Origin: Tubulanus polymorphus
Taxonomy: Eukaryota > Animalia > Nemertea
Length of the DNA: 64,000 nt
Reading direction: 5' to 3'
NCBI RefSeq assembly: GCF_964204645.1
Contig: NW_027437449.1
Location: 42,762 to 106,761 of the forward strand
Shown: positions 56,032-63,881 of the stretch, piece after piece
How positions within the stretch are numbered: position 1 is the stretch's first letter
How the letters are laid out: every line of letters begins with the position of its first letter
The notes under the pieces: generated by a model
Told to the model about the DNA's origin: nothing
The model's input: the letters and a program-made list of their open reading frames with translations, nothing else
Databases searched by the model: none
Program-made: the position numbers and the translations under genes

Positions 56032-58491
56032 CTACGGGACGTTCATGCCTCGGGGCGTGTTCGTGTCGAGTCGTCGTATCCAGTCTTGTTCGGCTGCTTC
56101 GCGGATCGGTCTCGTGGAGCCTGGTAGGTGTTGGAGACCGTACACCCGAAAGTGTTCGCGGGTGTGGTCGACTTGGTTGAAGTGGTCCGAGACTGGAGTC
56201 GAATTCTTCGTTCTGATGCGTGAGACGTGATGAGTGACGCGTTCTCGTAGAGACATTCCGGTTTGGCCGACGTACAGCATGTTGCACTTGGTGCATTCGA
56301 TGCAGTATACAATTTCACGGGTCGCGCAATTAATTGTGCTGCGGATCGCGTGCATTTTGTTGTGGCTGCGGCAAACGGTTGTTTCTCGGACGAGTGGACA
56401 CGTACGACATCTCGGTGTTCTGCATTTCTCGGTGCCTCGACGTCGGGTTGACGGAGTTCTTTGAGTAGACCTGGAAATGGAAGAATTGGAAACAACGGAA
56501 GTATTTCTGTTACGATGCGGTGAAGAGGGGACTCGGGGAGGGGGTGGCTCCGTGGGTTTGAGCTGCGACGAAGTTAGGAGATCTTTGAGACTCTTGTGCT
56601 TGGTGTAGGCGGTGACCGTGGTTACCTCGTCAGACCGGCCGGTGGCCGTAGCCAGTTCCGTAAATCTGGTTCGGATGTTACGGGCTAGGGTTCGGTTGGC
56701 TTCGGAGTGAGGTAAGATAAGCGGTAAACGCTTTTTCGGCGGTTCGTCGGCCCGTTGTTGTTCTCGTAGATCTCGTTCGGCGTGGTGCCGTAGAGCTTGG
56801 CTTTTGATGTGTCGCAGTTCGCGGTCTTTGTAGCCACGACCTCTGAGTACTTTAAGGACGGTTCCGGACGCTGCGTGTAAGTCCGAATCGTTATTGCAGA
56901 TGCGCCGGAACCGGAGAATTTGACTTTTAACTATACCGGAAAATGTGTGTTTAGGGTGAAACGAGGATCGATGTAGTAATTGATGCGAATCGGTTGGTTT
57001 GAAGTAGACTTTGGTGTCTACTGTGCCACTTGTCTCGAATCGCGGGCCTTTGAAAGTGGTTACGTCCAGGAAGTTGACGCTGGTGTCGCTGATTTCGAAC
57101 TTGAGTTTGATGGATCGGCTCACTGTTTGTAGGACGTCGATGAATTGCATCAACGTTTCGCGGCCGTGTTCCCAAACTATGTAGATGTCGTCGATGAACC
57201 GAGCGTATAGCGATGGTTGGAGTTCGCTTCTGGACAGACCTTCTTTTTCCCATTCGGCTACAAAGATATTGGCATAAGAAGGAGCAAAACGCTTACCCAT
57301 TGCGGTACCTTTTACCTGTAAATATGTGTTTTCGTTAAAGTTAAAGTCATTTTTCTTCAGGCTGATTTCGAGTAGTTTCAGCAGCTCGGCATCCGGGCGT
57401 CCCGGGTTCGGGTTATCTCGGAGAGCTTGTCGGATGCTGGCGATACCCTCTTCGTGGGGGATGTTGGTGTAGAGCGAATCGATGTCCATGGTGACGAGTA
57501 ACGCATCGGCGCTAAATTGTTTACCGGCCAAAATATCTAGAAAGTGGTTGGTATCTTTGACGTACGACGGGTGACCGCGGGCGATCGGCTGCAAATAGTA
57601 GTCGATCCATTCCGAAATTTCGTAGGTTTCGGAGCCGCAGTCGGAGACGATCGGTCTCCCCGGCGGTACGCGATCGGGTACCGTCCACTTCTCGCGTTCT
57701 TTATGGATTTTGGGAAGCAGATAGAACTGCCTCTGTTTCGGATTATCGGGCGGTAATAGATATTCGGCGGTTTTTAGCGGGATGATTTTTCGTCGAGCCA
57801 TATTTTCGATGATTTCGCGAATTTCTTCCCCGGTCTGTTCGAAGATCGGTTGCTGCAGCGGCTGATAATACTCGAGATCGGCTAGTTGGCGCATGGCTTC
57901 GAGGACGTAGTCGTCGCGGTCCATGATAACCGTAGCGGAACCCTTATCGGCGGCTTTGATGACAATATTAGTGTTGTCACGCAGCTGCTGGAGGGCTTCG
58001 CGTTCCTGTTTAGTGAGGTTATCATTTACGCGACGCGTATCCCTGGTTTGTTGAGCCAATTCGTGCGCGTCGTTGCAGAACCCGGCGATTACTGGTTCTA
58101 TTTCATCCGGAGCCCAACTGCTGGGCAGACGGAAACGCGGAGCCTCGCGGTCCGGTTTGTCACGGAAGTGATGGTCGAGTTTCACTAGCCGGTTGAATCG
58201 GCACACTCCCTTGGTGCGCTCGGTCGCGGCGGCATCAGAACCGATTTTTGGAGTCGGGCAATAAGTGAGGCCCTTTCGGAGTAGCTGATGTTGCGCCGGA
58301 CTTAGGCGGAGTGAACGTGTGAGGTTGACCACCGGGCTCCCGAGAGCGGTGACCGGATCGCGTCGCGCTTGGTTTGGTGCCGGTTCTTCGTGTTCGTCGG
58401 ACCTGGAAATGGAAGAAATCAGAGAAGCATTGGTTAATTCCGGTTGATTTAACTCACCAATAGTGGACCCGTTGGTCTCACTAATACTTAG
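56032..58491 (-). CDS. PLE ORF2: reverse transcriptase, CxxxxCxxC linker, GIY-YIG endonuclease; no ATG start, frame open up to the ORF1 end in the -1 frame
   Basis: LPKIHK, GRPIVS, MDIDSLYTNI, GTAMGKRFAPSYANIF, ARFIDDI, VNFLDV; CRTPRCRTC; IVYCIECTKCNMLYVGQT...R...HF...AAEQ...GMN. Confidence 0.95.
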   Translation of the reverse strand, partial: LSISETNGSTIGELNQPELTNASLISSISRSDEHEEPAPNQARRDPVTALGSPVVNLTRSLRLSPAQHQLLRKGLTYCPTPKIGSDAAATERTKGVCRFNRLVKLDHHFRDKPDREAPRFRLPSSWAPDEIEPVIAGFCNDAHELAQQTRDTRRVNDNLTKQEREALQQLRDNTNIVIKAADKGSATVIMDRDDYVLEAMRQLADLEYYQPLQQPIFEQTGEEIREIIENMARRKIIPLKTAEYLLPPDNPKQRQFYLLPKIHKEREKWTVPDRVPPGRPIVSDCGSETYEISEWIDYYLQPIARGHPSYVKDTNHFLDILAGKQFSADALLVTMDIDSLYTNIPHEEGIASIRQALRDNPNPGRPDAELLKLLEISLKKNDFNFNENTYLQVKGTAMGKRFAPSYANIFVAEWEKEGLSRSELQPSLYARFIDDIYIVWEHGRETLMQFIDVLQTVSRSIKLKFEISDTSVNFLDVTTFKGPRFETSGTVDTKVYFKPTDSHQLLHRSSFHPKHTFSGIVKSQILRFRRICNNDSDLHAASGTVLKVLRGRGYKDRELRHIKSQALRHHAERDLREQQRADEPPKKRLPLILPHSEANRTLARNIRTRFTELATATGRSDEVTTVTAYTKHKSLKDLLTSSQLKPTEPPPPRVPSSPHRNRNTSVVSNSSISRSTQRTPSTRRRGTEKCRTPRCRTCPLVRETTVCRSHNKMHAIRSTINCATREIVYCIECTKCNMLYVGQTGMSLRERVTHHVSRIRTKNSTPVSDHFNQVDHTREHFRVYGLQHLPGSTRPIREAAEQDWIRRLDTNTPRGMNVP

Positions 58492-58497
58492 TTTAAA
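58461..58497 (-). promoter_or_regulatory. -1 programmed ribosomal frameshift signal
   Basis: ORF1 ends GGU UUA AAC UAA (U_UUA_AAC in X_XXY_YYZ phase); 7-nt spacer; hairpin UAGUG(A)GACC-AACG-GGUCCACUA; the -1 frame is ORF2. Confidence 0.8.
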
Positions 58498-59999
58498 CCA
58501 CTGAGCCAGTGGTCCAGCAGGGTGTTAGCTGTACCACGGTTCCAGTGGATCCCGTCTCCAACAACTCTGAAGCGTCGATCATCGATGGGTGGTATCGCGG
58601 TGACGTCGTCGTGAATCTCGAGGAATTCGTTGAACTTCCGGGCGAACTGCTGGTGTTCGCGGGTCGTGTTGAGTTGAACGAAGTGGACGAACGAGTGCTG
58701 ATACTTCTTGACTGCGGCGTTGATCAGGCGCTGTGTGGTCTTCTTGGCGGTCGCTTCGAAGTTGTTGTCGCGGTTGTTGATTCCGACGCTGATGATCACC
58801 GTATCCGGGCGATCTCGGCGCTCCGGTACAGCATCGATCAGGTCGGCGAGATGAGCTATCTTGCAGCCGGGGAAGCTCTCGATCTGGACGTCATCCGGAC
58901 GGCGGCTTGATGTGATGTTACTCAGATTTGAGTCACCAATCACCAGAATGGGTCGCCGGGTTGGTGGCAGACTCCAATCCTGTTTCTTCCGACCCGTATT
59001 CGGATGACGGCGAACTTCCTGGGGCGCCATCGGTCTCGGTGTTGGCGTCGGACTTCGCGCTGGCAGTAGGCGCCCTGGTGACCTGTAATGAGACGGAGAG
59101 CTGGAAAGAGAAGAAGAGAGAGACGGCGTCGGACTGCTGGTTGGTGCGGTCGGCGTTCTCTGCGGCGGCGGCGGCGTCGGGTTTCGAGGCGGCGGCGTCG
59201 GACTTCTCGGTGGCGTCGGACTTCTTGGTGGCGGCGGCGGCGGCGTCGGCATCGGACTTCTCGGTGGTGGCGCCATTCTGGTTGGTGGCGTCCTGGTGAC
59301 ATCCGCGTAGCTTCTCGGTGACCTGGAATCAGAAAAAGAAGGAGGCGCTGTGGGCGCGGCGGGCGCGACTGCGGTTGGTGCAGGCGTCCTCGGCGTCGCG
59401 GGCTTTCGAATCTTCCGGCTCGGTCTCGGCGGCGGACGAATCTTCGGCTCCGTGGGTGCCTCCTGGTGGTGTGACCTGAAATGAGAAGGGGAAGAAGGTG
59501 GGTTAGATAGGACATTTCTGAGTTTGTCAGACAGAGCCTGACCGCGGAATTTCGACCGCAAATCCAGCGCGATGTTGAAAAGCCGGATCGTTCCGGGGCT
59601 CAGACGGGAGCCGAAATTCCTCCGGGCCCATGTCAGGGCGACATCCTGTGCTGATAGACAGTCCGGCAGAGGATCACCCATTAGCTGAACAAATGTGGCA
59701 GCGTAATGGATGGTCAGCTCTTTCGAAACTGTCTCCATCCAGACGTCCGCGGCAGCGTGCAGCTGCACCGTTACTGCTTCGGTGCAAGCCGCCGGCCGCA
59801 GGAACATCTTCAGATGGTCCTTCTTCCTCCGAATCGCTTTCGGACCAGAGCTCAACTGGGCAAGGTGGTGCGCCACTTGAAGAGCTCTATAGTAATTTTT
59901 CGGCGACATCCCGGGTTGCTGGTGTCGCTCAGGGCGTCCTCCGCCCTTGCTGGTCTTCTCAGCTGGTGGTCGTTTCTTCTTTCGAGTAGATCGCTCCAT
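58488..59999 (-). CDS. PLE ORF1: basic N-terminus, Pro/Ser/Thr/Arg-rich linker, SGNH/GDSL esterase domain (alternative start at 60050)
   Basis: Blocks ILVIGDSN, SFPGC, IISVGINN, DGIHW match SGNH blocks I, II, III and V. Confidence 0.88.
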   Translation of the reverse strand: MERSTRKKKRPPAEKTSKGGGRPERHQQPGMSPKNYYRALQVAHHLAQLSSGPKAIRRKKDHLKMFLRPAACTEAVTVQLHAAADVWMETVSKELTIHYAATFVQLMGDPLPDCLSAQDVALTWARRNFGSRLSPGTIRLFNIALDLRSKFRGQALSDKLRNVLSNPPSSPSHFRSHHQEAPTEPKIRPPPRPSRKIRKPATPRTPAPTAVAPAAPTAPPSFSDSRSPRSYADVTRTPPTRMAPPPRSPMPTPPPPPPRSPTPPRSPTPPPRNPTPPPPQRTPTAPTSSPTPSLSSSLSSSPSHYRSPGRLLPARSPTPTPRPMAPQEVRRHPNTGRKKQDWSLPPTRRPILVIGDSNLSNITSSRRPDDVQIESFPGCKIAHLADLIDAVPERRDRPDTVIISVGINNRDNNFEATAKKTTQRLINAAVKKYQHSFVHFVQLNTTREHQQFARKFNEFLEIHDDVTAIPPIDDRRFRVVGDGIHWNRGTANTLLDHWLSGLN

Positions 60000-60040
60000 T
60001 GACAGATATTTCGGCGAGGTTGCCTTCGTCAGTGTCAGTG
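59997..60040 (-). ncRNA. Minimal type I hammerhead ribozyme at the PLE 5' end
   Basis: CAcUGACA-CUGACGA-A-GGC(aaccuc)GCC-GAAAUAU-C^UGUCAaUG: stem I UGACA/UGUCA, palindromic AUAU in place of stem III, predicted cut between 60005 and 60004. Confidence 0.8.
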
Positions 60041-60050
60041 CAGGAATCAT

Positions 60051-60081
60051 GCTGAACTAGGATTAGACACGGGTTTTTATA
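60051..60081 (-). promoter_or_regulatory. Candidate Pol II core promoter (TATA + Inr-like)
   Basis: TATAAAAA at 60081-60074, 28 nt upstream of the A in TTCAGC at 60053. Confidence 0.5.
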
Positions 60082-60886
60082 CACGCAGCGCGCAACAAGT
60101 GAACAGTATTCGAGTTAGAAGTTAAGTGACCATATGAGACCTTGTGATCTAGACTAATTGTACTTCTGTGATCAAGCTAATAGACAAACTAGGGGTCTGA
60201 CTAATTATGCCTTTGATCCAGAGTGACTAGAAAACAGCACTAATTATGGCCCTTGATCTAGCTGTTGAATAGTTTGCGTTGATGTATAGTTCTAAAGATC
60301 TAAAGAGCGGCGTGTCTAATATAGAATTGAAAAGTTTATTTCGATATAACCTAATAAATACTCAAAGTGTTTTCTATAAAGAGAAATCTAGAATATGTAT
60401 TATTAATATACGTGAACCGGAATGTTCGAAATATGTCCGAGTTCAGTTTCAAAATTGCTTAATTCCTAATTAGTTTAGACGCGTTAATTAGCGGTGCGCG
60501 GCCGAGGCGTATTCCGATATACGCGTGTTTACTAAATAGTCGTAAATGGTGAAATCCGGTTCTTAGTTAATCAAGTTTTCTCCGTATTCTAAAGCTTTTA
60601 AGAGCGGATTTTGAAATATCTACGCGGTATTCTACCGAAAATTGGATGAATTAGACAGCGCGGCGTCGGCGATTTAGTAGGAAGTTATAACCCGTAAGAT
60701 CTAAATTACTGAGTGAGCGCGGGTGGTTGATTAGCCCTAATTATGGGTGACGAGTTTTGATAGAAATGTCTTACTAATACGTCTGTTTTAATTCTAAGTT
60801 CTTAAATATAATTCTATTAGATAAACTACGCTTATTTAGAGTTATTAGGATCGAGTAAAGCTATGTGAACTTGAACATGTAGGGTT

Positions 60887-62601
60887 AGGGTTAGGTTTAG
60901 AGGTATAGGTTAGGGGAACCAATCAGAGTATCAATTAATGTTTTTGTGTTCTTCAGATTAACCCACCACAATTAATCGAGAGTAATTAACTGATATCTTT
61001 TCAGAACCCCACTGTGACACTGGCAGCGGGAAAGCCGGCTAACTCCACCTGCCGGAAGGTATTAGAGTTAGGGATACCGAAAAGCAATCCACCACCTAGA
61101 CCGGGACTCGAACACCGGACCTTTCGTTTGCCGGACGACTGCTCTACCGATTGAGCTACCTGGGCGGACCGACGATTGCTCTCGGTTTCACCTCTATATC
61201 TCCGCACTTTCCTGGCACTGGTCGGGGTTAGGTTTAGAGGTATAGGTTAGGGGAACCAATCAGAGTATCAATTAATGTTTTTGTGTTCTTCAGATTAACC
61301 CACCACAATTAATCGAGAGTAATTAACTGATATCTTTTCAGAACCCCACTGTGACACTGGCAGCGGGAAAGCCGGCTAACTCCACCTGCCGGAAGGTATT
61401 AGAGTTAGGGATACCGAAAAGCAATCCACCACCTAGACCGGGACTCGAACACCGGACCTTTCGTTTGCCGGACGACTGCTCTACCGATTGAGCTACCTGG
61501 GCGGACCGACGATTGCTCTCGGTTTCACCTCTATATCTCCGCACTTTCCTGGCACTGGTCGGGGTTAGGTTTAGAGGTATAGGTTAGGGGAACCAATCAG
61601 AGTATCAATTAATGTTTTTGTGTTCTTCAGATTAACCCACCACAATTAATCGAGAGTAATTAACTGATATCTTTTCAGAACCCCACTGTGACACTGGCAG
61701 CGGGAAAGCCGGCTAACTCCACCTGCCGGAAGGTATTAGAGTTAGGGATACCGAAAAGCAATCCACCACCTAGACCGGGACTCGAACACCGGACCTTTCG
61801 TTTGCCGGACGACTGCTCTACCGATTGAGCTACCTGGGCGGACCGACGATTGCTCTCGGTTTCACCTCTATATCTCCGCACTTTCCTGGCACTGGTCGGG
61901 GTTAGGTTTAGAGGTATAGGTTAGGGGAACCAATCAGAGTATCAATTAATGTTTTTGTGTTCTTCAGATTAACCCACCACAATTAATCGAGAGTAATTAA
62001 CTGATATCTTTTCAGAACCCCACTGTGACACTGGCAGCGGGAAAGCCGGCTAACTCCACCTGCCGGAAGGTATTAGAGTTAGGGATACCGAAAAGCAATC
62101 CACCACCTAGACCGGGACTCGAACACCGGACCTTTCGTTTGCCGGACGACTGCTCTACCGATTGAGCTACCTGGGCGGACCGACGATTGCTCTCGGTTTC
62201 ACCTCTATATCTCCGCACTTTCCTGGCACTGGTCGGGGTTAGGTTTAGAGGTATAGGTTAGGGGAACCAATCAGAGTATCAATTAATGTTTTTGTGTTCT
62301 TCAGATTAACCCACCACAATTAATCGAGAGTAATTAACTGATATCTTTTCAGAACCCCACTGTGACACTGGCAGCGGGAAAGCCGGCTAACTCCACCTGC
62401 CGGAAGGTATTAGAGTTAGGGATACCGAAAAGCAATCCACCACCTAGACCGGGACTCGAACACCGGACCTTTCGTTTGCCGGACGACTGCTCTACCGATT
62501 GAGCTACCTGGGCGGACCGACGATTGCTCTCGGTTTCACCTCTATATCTCCGCACTTTCCTGGCACTGGTCGGGGTTAGGTTTAGAGGTATAGGTTAGGG
62601 G
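60887..62601 (-). mobile_element. Tandem array of five apparently identical 337-bp tRNA-containing SINE-like units plus a 30-bp partial sixth
   Basis: Units start at 60887, 61224, 61561, 61898, 62235 and 62572; each begins (plus strand) ggttaggtttagaggtataggttaggggaaccaa, similar to the PLE terminus. Confidence 0.9.
61093..61165 (-). tRNA. tRNA-like sequence (GGC at the anticodon position; probably not a translating tRNA); repeats at 61430-61502, 61767-61839, 62104-62176 and 62441-62513
   Basis: GCCCAGG-TA-GCTC AATCGGTA GAGC-A-GTCGT CCGGCAA ACGAA-AGGT-CCGGTG TTCGAGT CCCGG-TCTAGGT: A and B boxes intact; C33, stem mismatches and a bulge. Confidence 0.75.
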
Positions 62602-62662
62602 TTAGGGTTAGGGTTAGGGTTAGGTTTTAGGGATAGAGGTTGGGGGTTTGCACCCCCGGTGC

Positions 62663-63840
62663 TAGGGTTAGGGTTAGGGTTAGGGTTAGGGTTAGGGTTA
62701 GGGTTAGGGTTAGGTTAGGGTTAGGGTTAGGGTTAGGGTTAGGGTTAGGGTTAGGGTTAGGGTTAGGGTTAGGGTTAGGGTGGTTAGGGTTAGGGTTAGG
62801 GGTTAGGGTTAGGGTTAGGGTTAGGGTTAGGGTTAGGGTTAGGGTTAGGGTTAGGGTTAGGGTTAGGGTTAGGGTTAGGGTTAGGGTTAGGGTTAGGGTT
62901 AGGGTTAGGGTTAGGGTTAGGGTTAGGGTTAGGGTTAGGGTTAGGTTAGGGTTAGGGTTAGGGTTAGGGTTAGGGTTAGGGTTAGGGTTAGGGTTAGGGT
63001 TAGGGTTAGGGTTAGGGTTAGGGTTAGGGTTAGGGTTAGGGTTAGGGTTAGGGTTAGGGTTAGGGTTAGGGTTAGGGTTAGGGTTAGGGTTAGGGTTAGG
63101 GTTAGGGTTAGGGTTAGGGTTAGGGTTAGGGTTAGGGTTAGGGTTAGGGTTAGGGTTAGGGTTAGGGTTAGGGTTAGGGTTAGGGTTAGGGTTAGGGTTA
63201 GGGTTAGGGTTAGGGTTAGGGTTAGGGTTAGGGTTAGGGTTAGGGTTAGGGTTAGGGTTAGGGTTAGGGTTAGGGTTAGGGTTAGGGTTAGGGTTAGGGT
63301 TAGGGTTAGGGTTAGGGTTAGGGTTAGGGTTAGGGTTAGGGTTAGGGTTAGGGTTAGGGTTAGGTTAGGGTTAGGGTTAGGGTTAGGGTTAGGGTTAGGG
63401 TTAGGGTTAGGGTTAGGGTTAGGGTTAGGGTTAGGGTTAGGGTTAGGGTTAGGGTTAGGGTTAGGGTTAGGGTTAGGGTTAGGGTTAGGGTTAGGGTTAG
63501 GGTTAGGGTTAGGGTTAGGGTTAGGGTTAGGGTTAGGGTTAGGGTTAGGGTTAGGGTTAGGGTTAGGGTTAGGGTTAGGGTTAGGGTTAGGGTTAGGGTT
63601 AGGGTTAGGGTAGGGTTAGGGTTAGGGTTAGGGTAGGGTTAGGGTTAGGGTTAGGGTTAGGGTTAGGGTTAGGGTTAGGGTTAGGGTTAGGGTTAGGGTT
63701 AGGGTTAGGGTTAGGGTTAGGGTTAGGGTTAGGGTTAGGGTTAGGGTTAGGGTTAGGGTTAGGTTAGGGTTAGGGTTAGGGTTAGGGTTAGGGTTAGGGT
63801 TAGGGTTAGGGTTAGGGTTGGGTTAGGGTTAGGGTTAGGG

Positions 63841-63881
<41 letters not shown>

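Larger units (their letters stand above)
55911..60879 (-). mobile_element. Full-length two-ORF Penelope-like retroelement (Neptune-like architecture)
   Basis: ORF1 (SGNH), ORF2 (RT, Cys linker, GIY-YIG), 5' hammerhead, 3' end of degenerate CCCTAA repeats. Membership of 60090-60879 in the element is inferred. Confidence 0.88.

Noticed and set aside
53918-60002. Short overlapping and antisense ORFs within the PLE copies
   Set aside because: Shadow ORFs of GC-rich coding sequence
60945-61012. Hammerhead within the 337-bp unit (minus-strand GAAA ... CUGAAGA)
   Set aside because: Stem II cannot form without consuming the core, and the cleavage triplet is not NUH
61030-61062. Twister ribozyme-like ctaactccacc..gccgg
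   Set aside because: Lacks the downstream conserved twister pseudoknot segments
61093-61165. Functional tRNA-Ala(GGC) gene cluster
   Set aside because: C at position 33, acceptor and anticodon stem mismatches, T-stem bulge; GGC anticodons are atypical for eukaryotic Ala
61001-62555. Five identical 68-aa ORFs
   Set aside because: Translations across the tRNA-like sequence from a GTG start; no coding signature
62640-63368. 242-aa VR/GL dipeptide ORF
   Set aside because: Translation of TTAGGG repeats
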